From assembly GCA_964016885.1 (NCBI GenBank), contig OZ024745.1, positions 74,090,001 through 74,154,000 on the forward strand: a DNA stretch of 64,000 bases, in the 5' to 3' direction. Made by a program: the position numbers and the translations under genes. The notes below the pieces were generated by a model that was given only the letters and a program-made list of their open reading frames with translations, ran no database searches and was not told the origin of the DNA. This DNA comes from Eledone cirrhosa (Eukaryota). Shown one piece after another: positions 13,201 to 28,063 of this stretch (positions are counted from its first letter, which is position 1; each line of letters starts with the position of its first letter).

Positions 13201-14059
13201 GGTCCTTTAAATCCTGAGAGAATCATAGGGACGCCATATTGACATATGGCGTTTCTAGGGCATTTCTTTTAACCTGACGGAGCCCATCTCCTCTCCAGAT
13301 CTGAATATAGAAGGGGTTCTTTCCAGAGAAGAATAGAGAGTGAAAGTATGGAAGTTAGAAAGAGATATAAAGAAAGAATCGACCCAGTACTTGATGGGTA
13401 CTTTTTTTATCGACCACGAATGAATAAAATGGTAAAGTTGACCGTGGCAGGATTTAAACTCAGAGAGTAGACAGCTGAAACGAATACCGCAAATCAATCT
13501 ATCCGACGTTCTAAAAGAAGACAAAGAAAACAATTTGAAACATTGGAAATATCCAGAACATTTGCCATAAAAATATCACAGCGGCATCATGCCGTGATTG
13601 AATAAAACACTTAGATATTTATCCTAGGATACCTGTGTAATTGGAAATGTGAAGTTGAAACAGAATAGCTTGTATAGGGATTTGTATTTTATCCGCTTAA
13701 CAATACACAGTATTAGTGATAAGTACAGCTAGTTCAATGAGATATTGTATTCTGTGAAAGGATTAGTGTGACTGATAGCATGAATTAAGTCCGGCGGATA
13801 ACAGGAGCATGGCGGTAGGAAGAAATATGTACACTAAGAAAGAATATAAGTGGTAGTGGCAGTACACACTCTTCAAAGACAAACGAAAAAAGCAGTGTAA
13901 TTGTAGTCAAGGTAATAACATGGTGTAAGCTAATTTTAAAAAATTCTCGTGATGTTGCTGTCTTGAATTTATTTTTCTTCGTCATAAGTATATTACAATA
14001 TTCTATTGCAATATCTACAATAAATATTTGAATATTCGTATGTATTAGACACCAATTAA

Positions 14060-14157
<98 letters not shown>

Positions 14158-14293
14158 CAATTATAAGTCTAACTTCTTTATTCAGTGTCATTACAGAATA
14201 AAGAATGTTCACTCTGCGTAGAAGATTCCGTTTAGAGGCCCACTAACTATTATACACAAACACACACACACATACATACACCCCCACATACAT

Positions 14294-14358
<65 letters not shown>

Positions 14359-14419
14359 GAAAGACTGATAAATAAATATGACTGATAAATAAATGCTTCG
14401 TATTATTTGTGTTAACTAT

Positions 14420-14815
14420 TGGTAGTATCGGTAGAGGGTCGGACGAGTTACGGCCCTTTATGGACTGAGTTCAAATCCCACCGAGGTTAACTTTGCCTTT
14501 CGTCCTTAAGGGGTCGATAAAAAAAGTATCAGTCACGCACTGGGGTTGATTTAATCGACTTTCCCCTCCCCCAAAATTGCTGGCCTTATGCCTATAATTA
14601 GAAAACATTATCTGTGTTAACTATAGGGCGGTGGATTGGCAGTATCGGTAGAGGGTCGGACGCCATGCTTTCCAGCATAGTTACGTCCCTTTACGATCTG
14701 AGTTCAAATCCCGCCGAGGTTGACTTTGCCTTTCATCCTTACGGGGTCGATAAAATAAAGTACCAGTAATGCACTGGGTAATTACTGGCCTAGTGCCTAA
14801 AGTAGAAACAATTAT
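14420..14815 (+). mobile_element. Two tandem SINE copies
   Basis: 14420-14611 and 14627-14815. The sequence ttat(c/t)tgtgttaactat recurs at the junctions (TSD-like). Confidence 0.85.
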
Positions 14816-15919
14816 CTGTGTTAACTATACTACTTCTTTAGTCAAAAATACTGTGAAAGCTTCTATTTCTATTATATATATATATATATGTGTGAATGTG
14901 TGCGTGTGTCTATGTGTGTATGTGTGTGTAGGGGGAGGGGGGTTAGACGCCTTTATTAGGCACAGGCAATTTGATTCACAATGCTGACATGAACATTTTG
15001 GTGAACTGTACCACCAGAAGTTATTTTATTGTAATTAAACATTGTATCTGTTCCAGTTGTCAAGGTGTTCTCCTTTCCGGACTGTCTTTGGGGTTTCTGG
15101 ATACACAATCTTTGCACATCCATCCTACACCTCCCAGGACAGGACGTAGGCCCATTGCCAGTGTTTGCCCCCACGCCCCTCCCAGGAATACATGGGCAAA
15201 GAAGAATTCTACTGCGGGTCCTAACGAAGTTAAAACATTATTGACGTTATGTTCGTACTACACTAACTACAAAATAAAATAGCAGAATCAATTATACATT
15301 TTATATTTTATACATAGAGTTCAGTAAAGCCTTTGCCAATGTCAACAGAACCACACTATGGGAAGTGTTTTCTATGTGAACTGCCTTAAGAAGCTTGTGT
15401 GTAATATCACACTTCTGCACAAGGACATAAAACAACCTCTGTCAAACTTGACTCTAGCAATACTGAACCCCCATCGCGATAGACTACGGAGAAAAGCAAG
15501 GAAATGCATTAGAATCCACGACTCTCATTGCATGGACAACACAACGATGAGCCTGCATGTATACCCTTTCTGTGCCTCAGCACGAAAGACTCACTACACT
15601 AACAATAAACATGACGACTCAGTGGAACTGCTGCGCTAGTATTGTACCATACACAATCAACAAAACCCGTGTCAACTGTATTCTGAGGTAGCTATGCAAT
15701 TGCTTTTCACCAGAAACACCTTTTTATATTAAAATTATCTGAGATTACTGCATGCAGATATAAAATCTAAAAGACATACTTTAATTACAAACCAATGTTA
15801 AACTCAAATCGATAGAGCTATTATCCGAATGCCCTGGTGGAATTATGTATAATTAGCAGACACTAGCCTATGATGCATCTGCTGTCCTGGGCTAGATTAT
15901 ATTGTTTCTGGTTTGGGGT

Positions 15920-16259
15920 TAACAAGTATGAATGTTTGGTATAATTTCATATTTATGTCGCTTTGTCGTATGGCATATAAACGTAAGTCTATCACTTAGT
16001 TACAAACTGAGCCATCGATATCTATATACTGATATATATCTGATTTCTGATATATATCAGATTTCTGATATATATCAGACATCTGATATATATCAGAAAT
16101 CAGATATATCAGAAATCAGATATATACATCAGAAATCAGATATATATCAGTATATAGATATCGATGGCTCAGTTTGTAACTAAGTGATAGACTTACGTTT
16201 ATATGCCATACGACAAAGCGACATAAATATGAAATTATACCAAACATTCATACTTGTTA
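15920..16259. repeat. Near-perfect palindrome with ~115-bp arms enclosing a minisatellite of self-complementary tctgatatatatcaga units
   Basis: taacaagtatgaatgtttgg...gagccatcgatatctatatactgata matches the reverse complement of ...catacttgtta. Confidence 0.9.
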
Positions 16260-16594
16260 CATCTATATACAGATTTCTGATTTACAAATACGGTTACAAG
16301 TGAATGAGGTTGAAGCTATGAAGATTTTATCAATAAGTTCTGAATAAATGTTATTGGTTCAACTATAAATGAAAAGAAATTCTCAAACGCGATTCCTTTA
16401 CACATCTCAGGTGTCGGTGCCAACTTTTATTAAATGCTATATTTTAATAAAACAAACAACACATATTAAAAATGAAACAAATTTTCATCTAAAAGTAAAT
16501 ATTCCTATTGATCCAAACTTAGCTCTGGGAGTAATTACAGATAGTAAGTTCACTTGCTAGAAAAGGTGATTCGAACTAACAATGCATGAAATCT

Positions 16595-17085
16595 AAACTA
16601 TAATAAAGGGAGGAGCGCGGGACTGAGTACGGTTTATAATTTTTTATCCCATTAGTAAAATAAGTTGGATTACTTTGAATAAATAATGAATGAATATTAC
16701 ATAATTTATCTACTAAATTTCGTGGCTGTTCATTATATATATTTTGTTTATTTAAAGATTCACTTCTTTAAAATTTCTGAAATGTCAACACTTCCGGTTG
16801 GCGATCGCTTGAATAAACATACTAATTTTCTGTCACTAATGTTTTCCTAATGCAGTTTATATATAATATTATCTTATTTTAATGTATCATGGATTACTTT
16901 ACTGATTACATAAGACAGTGTAACACAGTCTTCGTTCAATTTCTGTGTATATTGTCAATTACGATTTTATTTGATGTATCATATCTACATGTATATATAC
17001 TTGCGTATAATATCAATATACACACTACACATGCTAGCAGAAAACCACCCGAAGAGTGGTTTTTCTGCTAGTGTATATAATGTGT
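16595..17085 (+). repeat. Diverged ~490-bp non-coding block duplicated at 44696-45180
   Basis: Shared runs such as gtaaaataagttggattactttgaataaataatgaatg and gcagaaaaccacccg. Confidence 0.8.
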
Positions 17086-20049
17086 AAACATGTTACGTGC
17101 TTCACGCAACATTTCTAGTGGAACTAAACTTTTTAACTTTGAGTTGACTAATCATTCGATAAAGAAAACTTGAGCCAGTCATTTCATTTACAATTTTGAT
17201 GGTTAATATTTTTTCATTAAATTAAATTATAGGTATAAAACTAAATACTAATAAATATTAGGTTCTGGATAATAAGAGGCATTCTAAAAGGATACCTAAC
17301 TAACGCACGTTATGAAATATACAGTTTGATATAAATCCAAGCCTCTAATTATTCGATAAAATATTCTCACGTCAGCGAAATTCTTCTAAAATACACTGAA
17401 AAAAGGAAAGTTGCAGATATACATTAAACGTTTCTGTCCACAAGGCGAGTAAAATATTCACATTTTAAATCAATTTTAGAATTCTTTCTAACATCAGTCC
17501 TGATGCTTGAAAAAATTGTTTATTGTTAAATTGTGTAAACTGAAGACTATCGTTCAATAAGATTTAGACTCCACACTTGGATATTATAAATTAAAGGCTT
17601 TCTATCAATTTTAATTACCCATTAACGATCCTTCTTGGTAAAAGGACTTGGAATTATGTTTAATTCCTCCCTTATATGACTACTATTGATTCATTAAAAT
17701 AATATTACTGTCATTTTACAAAATGAGATGTTTAATATTTTTAAAACACTCCCTTTCTTAAGAATTCTACTACAGAAAAGTAGCAAGTAACAAATCTTGT
17801 TGCTATAATTATTGGTTTATCGCTTCAAGACAATTTTATGCGCATATTTTTCTTTCGAAGTGACTACACCTGCTTTCAACTAGAAGCACTTATTAATTTC
17901 AGTATTGATCAAAATCCTGCATTCTACGTTTGAATACTAGTTAAACGCTAAAATTGTACATGCCTTGTGCAAATAAATAAAATCGCGTTAGATACTGACT
18001 TTAATTATCTTTACAAACTGAGGTGTATCGTTTACCAAAAATAACTACTCATAAATAATATGCCTCTTTAAAATCTTCGACTATAAAAAATATTTCAATT
18101 TAAAAATCCGTTCTAATATTGATCCATCCCCCCCTAATTTCTTTATTAACGTTGAAAATCTGAAACGCAGAGTTAACCCCCAGCGAGAGCATAGGAAATA
18201 AATATCAGAAAATACTTTGTTTAGCGCTCTCATCATTTTATCTACCGCTCTCTTCACATGCGGAGAAAGAATAATCATGGAAATGTCATTTGTTGATATA
18301 CAAATGTATTTCATGTGACACAGAGTATGGAGAAAAATAGCATAACCTCCCCAACCCCAAAGTATAAAGATAATTGTTAAAATAATTACTTTAAAATAGC
18401 ACCATTATAAACGTATCTATATCCTTACTGTGAGAGTGTAAACGGAGATCCTACTCTCCAGAATATTTTCTGAAAGATTGGTTAGAGAGGCGAGTATGGT
18501 CTGCGTTAATGGTCGTCATCTTAACCTACAGCCAGGAGAACACATATGAGTGAAAGGACATAAAAAAAATCCAGGATTAGTTGGTTCCAGGGTTTTGTTC
18601 CTCCATTGGATGTGTTTTGTTACAATGCTGTTATTTTTCATGTCTCTTCTCAAATTTGATCCTTTAAAAATGCCATCGCCTTTTTAAATTTCTTTCCTTG
18701 TAATATCCACAATTAATATAATTATTATTATTATCATTATTATTGTTGTTGTTGTCACAGCCATAGATATGCGTGCTGACACTGGCCCTTAGATTGTCGC
18801 CATCTTTGCACCAGTAGCAATGCGCGCAAAAGTAACCAGCAACGTGTTGTCGGGTGGGGTCAACATGCTTCTCTGGTGACACCGATGACCACAGGTCTAT
18901 TCTAGAGTTATATATCATTGAAATATTGGATATGAAATCAACAAACAGAAGGCCCAGCTACAATACAACATATTGTTTGAAATTCACCCTGAACGTCTTT
19001 TGTCAAGAAGAAGAGGAAATGAAAAGAAAGTGTATCAGACAGTAGCAATGCTTTGAGACGAAGCCCAAAGCGATTGTTTCTGCTGTTTCCACATCTCCAT
19101 CGATCGCAGTTACAAGGATAGACAGTACAGAAACCGTGACAAAAGAAATCGTCAAATTTTTACTGCCACTATCAACAGAAACTGACAAATTTAAACACCA
19201 AAAAGTCAAAGGTTTATTTTTTCCAACACAGAGTCAGTTAGATCTTACGAGCAGAATCTCATACCATCTTTTGTCGTGAGGCAGAGGATGTATGCACAAC
19301 CCCACATATTTTGTAACTCTATTTTGTACAACAGATTTTGTATTTTATACGTGGGCACAAGTGCTCAATAAAGAAATGATTTGATTTGGACAGAACAATC
19401 TAAGCGCCAGACAAATGTTTTGCGGTATTTGTTCCCGCCCATTACGTTCTAAATTCAAAATCTGCTGAGGTCAAATATAACTTTCATCTTTCCACAATTG
19501 ATAGAATAAAGTACCAACCAAGTACTGGAGTCGGTGTTGTTAATCACCCCCTCCCACTTTCCCCGAATAGCTGGCATTTTGCCTAAATTAAAAACCATTA
19601 TCATTATGTCTCTTTAAATTGGCCTCATTGGGGTTAACATTGTTTCTTTTTTTTATCTTTCCTGAGAGTGTAAATTATGTAACAGTCCAACACTTGGATC
19701 GATTATTATCGATTGCATCCTAGCAACAAAATGTGCGACCGTGTGTTAAATTATTATTGATGTTAAATATTTATTGAAATTCGAACTGAGAAATGTTTGT
19801 GATTAAAATTAGTGAAACATTGCTATAGTTAAAGAAAAAAAGTATTGTCTGCTGAACTGAAAGTGCGCCTCACTATTGAATCTCTATTAAAGGCAATTTA
19901 ATTCAATTACACTGCTGATGCCTTTATGAAAAATAAAACAACCTGAACTTGAAAGCATCATATTTCTATCATAAATATAAATTTGTTGTCTTTCATTCGG
20001 GCAAAACATACTAATAGAAATTTTATATAAACAGAATGACAGACAGATA

Positions 20050-20184
<135 letters not shown>

Positions 20185-20539
20185 ATGTGTGTGTTTTCTG
20201 GTTCCCTTCCACTAGCACAAGTTGAAAAAAATTGGTACTTCGAGCCAACGAAACATTAGTCCATTGTAGTAACTGGCCTTAATAATTATTTTAAAACTTG
20301 ACTTTCGGAGTTATTCCCTATCTTGGATATTTCTACCAAGTCATTACCACTATATACAGAGATAGATAGATATGTATATACATATATTGTTATACTTGGG
20401 GAGGGTCATATCTGTGTAATATTGCCAGAATTAATAACAGAACACACTCACTGTTTGGTTGGTTTTCTCTTTTCGCTTCTGTGTCTTTTATATCGGTAAT
20501 CTAATTTATTCGGTCCTCAATGTTGCCATATACATATAC

Positions 20540-20655
<116 letters not shown>

Positions 20656-20816
20656 CGGAGGGGTTGTGGTATGGAACCAGATGGACCATAACGCACCAGA
20701 GTACTCAATACTTAGGGTAGTAGAGTGGGTAATAGGAGAAAGTATGATCCCGACGGCAGAGTTCAAGGCGTTTCGACGGTCGAAACGGCTTGAGCTCTGC
20801 CATCGGGGTCATACTT

Positions 20817-20885
<69 letters not shown>

Positions 20886-21031
20886 AAGAAGCTGACGGAC
20901 CCGGCGTATTTAACAATGCCAGGACCGGTCGCATTTCAGCGTATTCAAAGGATAATGTAGAATACATTCCAGAGTATACACATGGTTATTCGCTTCAACA
21001 CAACACACGTAAACGGATGTCTATATTAGTT

Positions 21032-21142
21032 CCCGGACTCGTGTTTCGGCCACACTTAATGCAGCAATAGGGTGCACTGCACCCTCTGTATGCATATATT
21101 ATGCAACAATGCATAATCGGCGTATGTGGGTTCATCAGCGGG
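21032..21142 (-). ncRNA. Type I HHR with extended stem II
   Basis: cccg-CTGATGA-acccaca...tgtggcc-GAAAC acga GTC-cggg. Confidence 0.8.
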
Positions 21143-21147
21143 TATCG

Positions 21148-21656
21148 CAATATACTGTATGTTTAATTGAAAACATTTTGAAGACCATTCGCTATGAGTT
21201 TTAAAGTAGTGACTATGTCACTTACTTATTCTCGGTAAAAGCAAAGAGAGTGATCGACAGTCCTATTTCTCACTAGTTGGCGTTTATCAAGACCACTCAC
21301 TCCTTTGCTTCTGCCGAGGGTTATAGAAGCTGGATTCTTATAGAATTCCAGTAATATTTAAGAGGTGATTAAACAGAGTGGTTGCCGGTCCAGCAAAAAT
21401 TAGGTATTAGTATTGGTGCTCTGAAATAGCGATGTATACATGAATGTATGTATAGTATATTTAGCAATATACTGTATGTTTAATTAAAAACATTTAGAAG
21501 ACCATTCGCTATGAGTTTTAAAGTAGTGACTATATCATTTACTTATTCTCGGCAAAAGCAAAGAGTGATCGACAGTCCTGTTTCTCGCTAGTTAGCGTTT
21601 ATCAAGACCACTCACTCCTTTGCTTCTGCCGAGGGGGGTTATAGAAGCTGGATATT

Positions 21657-21659
<3 letters not shown>
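21148..21659 (-). mobile_element. Tandem ~315-bp unit with a U3-A8 HHR in each copy (retrozyme-like or tandem PLE pseudo-LTR)
   Basis: gtggtc-TTGATAA-acgc..g(t/c)ga-GAAA(t/c)aggact GTC-gatcac at ~21250-21296 and ~21565-21611. Cleavage triplets are 315 bp apart. Confidence 0.75.
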
Positions 21660-21726
<67 letters not shown>

Positions 21727-21732
<6 letters not shown>

Positions 21733-22310
21733 TAACAGATTAAAGTTTAAGCAAAGAATCGCTGCTTTCACCCTTAACGGGATCTTCTGAAACGAAAAAA
21801 CATCAATCTGTGAACGCAAAAGTAAATATTTCTAAAAACGTTGCAACCGGAGGAAAACAGGAAGACGATACTTTGGTTCGTGGAGACGTTCCCTGGCAAT
21901 GAACGGGAAAAGGCGAAGATAATGGAACGTCTCCACGAACCACCTTATATAGAATATTAGTCTACGACTTCATTTATGCCATAAACGTGGTTTTTTTGTC
22001 TTTGAGTGTAATTGTTCTCCACGCTCCAAATAATGACGTACTATCTTCGCTTTTTTTCGTTCATAGCCAGAAAAAGTCTCCACGAACCAAAGTATCGTCT
22101 TCCTGTTTTCCTCCGGTTGCAACGTTTTTCGAAATATTTGCTTCTGCGTTCACAGATTGATTTTGTTAGTTTCAGAAGATCCCGTTAAGGGTGAAAGCAG
22201 CGATTCTTTGCTTAAATTTAATCTGTTATTCTAATAAATATTTGCTCTAGGGTTCTTATATATTTGGTATATATTTATCCTTATCGAGCCCTCTTTAGAT
22301 TTTAGTCTTC
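21727..22310. repeat. Asymmetric fold-back element at (TA)n; tail also found at 58672-58765
   Basis: Arms ~21727-21920 and ~22041-22233 are reverse complements. Confidence 0.85.
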
Positions 22311-22571
22311 AAATTTATTATTATTACTATATCTATATATATCCTGTTAGTTTTTTTAACCTGTTAGTTCTTTCGTTACTTTGGTATTGTATGGTTGGGT
22401 TTTTCTTACCGCGATGTTCAATTTGTCAAGCTATTTAAACATATGTTATTACTCTAAGGACCTACCTTTATTAAGTGCTTTGCTAACTCATTCCTATTGT
22501 AGGTCGACTTTGCTTGGCCACAGCCAAAGCTTCGATTTTACTAAGCTTCCACTTGTATATATATATATATA

Positions 22572-22913
22572 TTAGAAAGTGAGGTTTTTTTTACACAATG
22601 AAAAATAACCGAGGTGTCCTACACGAGTGAAAGTATAAAGAAAAAAAGATGAAATCGAAAATGCAACTGGAGTCTTATTTTTAAAAAAATATATATATTT
22701 ATTTGGTTCCTTTACCGGTTTCGCAGTTCTTCTGCTTTTCAAAAGTAGAGTTGAGATGGAGGGTCTGTGGTTTTTCTGAGAAAAACCACAGACCCTCCAT
22801 CTCAACTCTACTTTTGAAAAGCAGAAGAACTGCGAAACCGGTAAAGGAACCAAATAAATATATATATTTTTTTAAAAATAAGACTCCAGTTGCATTTTAG
22901 ATTTCATCTTTTT

Positions 22914-22916
<3 letters not shown>
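22572..22916. repeat. Asymmetric fold-back carrying the 3' half of an HHR (GAAAC cg GTA) and AATAAA; single-arm copy at 34740-34945
   Basis: Palindrome centred near 22777 (ggtttttc tga gaaaaacc). The same ORF appears on both strands. Confidence 0.85.
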
Positions 22917-22983
<67 letters not shown>

Positions 22984-23004
22984 ATGCATGTATATATGTA
23001 TATA

Positions 23005-23079
<75 letters not shown>

Positions 23080-23568
23080 GAAAAGTATAGAAATTGTTGT
23101 AGCGAGAAGCTAACAGTATTCCATAACATATATGTGACTATAGCGTCAAAATGGGAAAATAGTTAACATAAGATATGGCAAAAATAATTCAGACTCAATT
23201 CCAAAGGAATCAGGATATAGATTTACCCAACAGAATTTAGAGAAATCCAGGGAAAAATTAATAGAACCTTAACTCATGATAAAACAAAGTCTAAAGTACT
23301 CAACCTTCAATTTGGGACAACTTCAAATGCTCTGTATAGTCTTGAAAAGACTATTTCACGAAAACTTTCAGTTGAGATGGTGACGGTTGCATTTCGTTCG
23401 TCAGCAGAGCTCAACATGGTAACCAAGGTCTCACTGGTAATATGCCAAAGAAGGAATTTAGAAGCAGGCTAGTTTAACATCATGCATGGTTATTAAAATA
23501 AACGCACATGTTGAAAAATATATATATATATATATATGTGTATATATGTATATATATGTGTATATATG

Positions 23569-23599
<31 letters not shown>

Positions 23600-23620
23600 G
23601 TATATATATATATATACATT

Positions 23621-23652
<32 letters not shown>

Positions 23653-24240
23653 AATATACATATATATATATATATATACATATATATGAGAGTTAACTCT
23701 CATATTGGATACCTTTTGATGGTCCTTTACTTTTTCTTCTACAACATGGATATATACACATATATATATATACAAGTGGAAGCTTAGTAAAATCGAAGCT
23801 TTTATATATATATATATATATATATAAAGTTAGTTCCCAACAGTTAGCAAACCATTTTCGGGGACACGTGTTTCACCATGCGTATTTTCAATTCGTGTGT
23901 TGGCTCATAGCTGAGAAGCGGAATGGGTGGAGCGATGTACAAAGTATTTTGGCGTTTTTGTTCTGGGTCTTTGATTTCTGAGTTCGAATCCCACTGAGGA
24001 CAATTTTGCCTTTCATATATAATAACGTACCATGCATAATATACAAAGGTTGATTTAATCTATCGATATTAACCCCACTCCTTAAATTGTTGGCCTTGTG
24101 ATTTATTAGAAGAACGAGTAAATTATTATTGATATTAAATATTTTCTGGAAATCAAATTGAAACACTTTCTAATTTAAATTAGTTAATAATCACTATAGT
24201 TGGAGTAAATAGCATAATTAGGTGAACTTTATATTTTGTG

Positions 24241-24520
24241 AAGGCGCATGGCTTAGTGATTAGAGAATTGGACTTGCAATCGGACGGTTGTGAGTTCCGT
24301 TCTCGGACCGGTTGATACGTTGTGTCAAGACACTTTATTTCACGTTGCGTCAAGACACTTTATTTCACGTTGCTCCAGTTTACTCAGCTGTAGAAATGAG
24401 TTGCGACGTCACTGGTGCCAAGTTGTATCGGCCATTGCATTTCCTTTGGTCAACATCGGTGGCGTGGATAGGGGAGACTGGTATGCATGTGCGACTGCTG
24501 GTCTTTCACAAACAACCTTG
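24241..24520 (+). mobile_element. Second tRNA-derived SINE family; minus-strand copies at 31071-31187 and 50131-50242
   Basis: A/B-box-like head tggcttagtg..tgagttc, followed by caagacactttatttcacgttgctcc. Confidence 0.75.
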
Positions 24521-25782
24521 CCCGAATTGGACCTCGAAGGGAAACATTCTAGGGGTCTTTACCTTTATCCTTTTACAATCTGTGTTCAAATCCCACCCAC
24601 GTTGACTAACTTTGCCTTTCCTCATTTTGAAGTCGATAAAATATTACAAAGGTTGATATAACATGTCCTTCTTCATATGCTAGAATTTAATATTAAATAT
24701 TTGACTAACCTTATAGTTTTCTAGTTGATATATTTGTCTCTTATGTATTTTACAATATTAGGGCATGAAATACATTTGACTTGATTATTGTTGTTGTTAA
24801 GCCCCACGTTATCTTTGATCAGGTATACTTATGATCGAAGCTATTCAAATCCTTACCATCTCTAATTTGTATTAGAATTGACAAATGTAGCTGTTGTAAT
24901 CAATAGCATGTGATGTGAGTGACATTCGGCTGCTATTTCTTGCAGATTGAATGACGAACAAAAGGATCCCTTGATTGTTTAATCAATTCTTCTTACAGAG
25001 TGTAGACAGATTTTCAGTTTCTTAATCATAGAATCAGTAGCATCTACATTTGTCTCATATGAATGTATTTGATTCTCCGACATTTACGAGAACATCAAAT
25101 ACCTTACCGTTTTTGTCCATGTCTAAAGTAATTAAATAAAAGATTTTGATGAGATTCAAAATATATATGTCTAAATATAAACTGTTACTTTTAATGGAAT
25201 TCAGTGAGAAAAATATGATAAAAACAAAAATTGTTCCGAATGATTCTTTTTATACGTTTGGACAAAACATTAATGCACGTACTAAATACGGAATTTTGTA
25301 AGAAGAATATACTAATGATTGCTAAATTATAACATTATCAGTTCACAAGTTATTAATAGATTGATGATTACATCCGAACTAAATATCTTGCTTTTTCTTA
25401 ATTACCTTAAATTATTGATTTCTGACATCAAACATTCAACTAAAGACCAGCAACATTGACTGATTTCAAGAATTGGCTAAAACCACAGATTAAATCGATC
25501 AGTACTGGTACTTATAGATCAATATATTACCGGACGGAACATTATATTATTAAATCAAGGTGGATGAAAGGTAAACCCTGGTAGGATCTGTACATAAATA
25601 TGGTAGCTAAACTAAATGAAACTCTATGATCTATCCATAGGTTTCGACTGATTTCCACATTTAAAAGAATCACTTAAAGTTGAGTGTGCATACATATATA
25701 TATATATACATATGCCTACATATGTGCATATGCATATAATCATATGTATATATATACACACACACACATATGCATACATATA

Positions 25783-25819
<37 letters not shown>

Positions 25820-25890
25820 GTGTACATATACATATGCATATGCATAGATATAATCATGCATATATATATGTGTGTGTTTGTGTGTGTGTG

Positions 25891-25975
<85 letters not shown>

Positions 25976-26595
25976 TTGTGGTTGTTATATGAATATAGTT
26001 CAAGAATAACAACCAACACGAACACAAAGTCTTATTAGCTTCGCGATTGCTTGAAAAGGAAAATATATAAATATTTCAACGTAACGGGACGTCAGTCCTT
26101 CATCGGAAAAGAGAAAAATTTGAAGAATGAGGAACCTGGAAGGTTGGAAAGAAAAGTAAAAGATTTTTAGGATGGGTGAGGTGGGCAATGAGTAGTCCAG
26201 CATGTGGGTTGGGGGCTGAGGCGGAGAGTTCAGATGTATCATTGGTACCGTTATGGGTGTGTAGATGGAGTGCAATTGGTGGGTGAACGTATCGTTATTA
26301 TTTCTACTTTGTGTCTTTGTGTATATATGTGTGTATATAAGTGAGTGAGTGTTGTTATGAGCGTGATTATATAGTTATTAGTGTGTATATGTCAGTGTTT
26401 ATGTGCGTGCATAGACGCTTCTATGACTGTCTGTGTCTGTGCGTATATCAAATGAGAAATACATGAGGTACATATACATACACACACAGGGATACACACA
26501 AGCACACATACATATTATAAGAGTTTAGATCAATATCCAATGATTTCAATCCCTCTTTTACTCTCCCACTCTCTCTCTCTCACGCTCTCTCTCTC

Positions 26596-26636
<41 letters not shown>

Positions 26637-27020
26637 ATACTTTGGGAGGGTCATGTCGCCAATAAGAAACACACGCACCAATTGCTTTAACTCCAATTTA
26701 TTATAATTTAAAAAATTAAAAAAGAAATTTTTTTTTTTTTTCAAAAAATTTATAAATTTCCGGTTGGTTGGTTTGTTCCACAACCGGACGGTTGTTCATA
26801 TATTGTCAAAGTTCTTTCGACACACATTATGTGACCTCTTGAGTGACTGGGGATTCTTTTCTTTGTTTTGTAAATATTTCAAAATACGTTACATATATAT
26901 ATGTATATATGTATATATATATATATATGTATATATGTGTGCGTGTGTGTGTTTGTATAAACATATATATGTATGTATATATATATACACATACATATAT
27001 ATACATATATATACATACAT

Positions 27021-28005
27021 ATATATAAGATCAAAAGATGGTTAAAAGAGTTCCATGTATTTTATTATGCGCATTTCACAAACAAATATCATCATGCAAT
27101 AACATTTGTGTTTTCATCAGATAAAATAGGAAGACATGATATGAAGGTTAAAAACACTTGTGGATAGTGCAGTTTTAAATCAACATATGAAAAGTAGTTT
27201 TAGATTGATGTGTGATATTGGGGAAAACATTTTTTTTTAGGGAGGGGGGGGGAGGTAAAAAGTGGAGGGGGAGAAGTATAATGAGGAAGGATGAGATAGG
27301 AGGAGAGATGGGTGATAGAGAGAGAGAGATAGCTTTTATAACTGAGAAAAGTATATTGTTTTACATAGAGAGGTTGAAAAACCGTTGGAAGATAATGTAT
27401 AAATTAAAAGAATTTGAAAATTAACGAAGAGAAAAATAATGTAAAGTTAAGGTTTGTATATTGAAGGGTTTAATAATATGTGCGATGAAAAGAAATTGTT
27501 AATATGTATTAAGAATAATATTTAAGGGTTTAATAATATGTGCGATGGAAAGAAAATGTTAATATGTATTAAGAATAATATTTAAAGGTTTAATAATATT
27601 TGCGATGGAAAGAAAATGTTGATATGTATTATTAAAAAAACAAAAGTAATGCAAGTAAGGATATATTGTGAGATGAGCATGAATAAGTTAGATGAAAGTG
27701 AGAAAAAAATAATGAATAGAGGATGAATAATCTAACGTCAAAAAAAATGTTTATGTTTACGAAGGATTTTTTTCAAGGTGATATAAAGTAAGAATATATT
27801 GTATTGTGTAATAATTGTTTCTATGTTAGGCACAGTGAGAAAAGGTACAGATTAGGGGTTAGAAATTAAAATAAAAAGAAAAGAAATGGAAAAGGAAGAA
27901 AGGGAAGTGATAAATAGGAGTGATATAGAATGAGTAACAAGTATTATATAATGTATAATAAATAACTTTGAAATAAGGTAGAAAGATGGGTATATTTTTA
28001 AAGAA

Positions 28006-28063
<58 letters not shown>

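Noticed and set aside
15050-15220. GC-rich minus-strand segment with an AG acceptor as a terminal exon
   Set aside because: No recognisable protein in any frame; it resembles a V-domain-like SINE remnant (from memory).
18500-18665. TNF-like-looking stretch (KHIQWRNKTLEPTNPGFF) on the minus strand
   Set aside because: All three frames stop shortly after the T run.
18900-19390. Possible L2/CR1 LINE 3' end (SYEQNLIPSFV; aataaa + atttg repeats)
   Set aside because: Too degenerate to support by eye.
27461-27632. CRISPR-like array
   Set aside because: Contiguous 60-bp minisatellite without unique spacers, in eukaryotic DNA with no cas genes.
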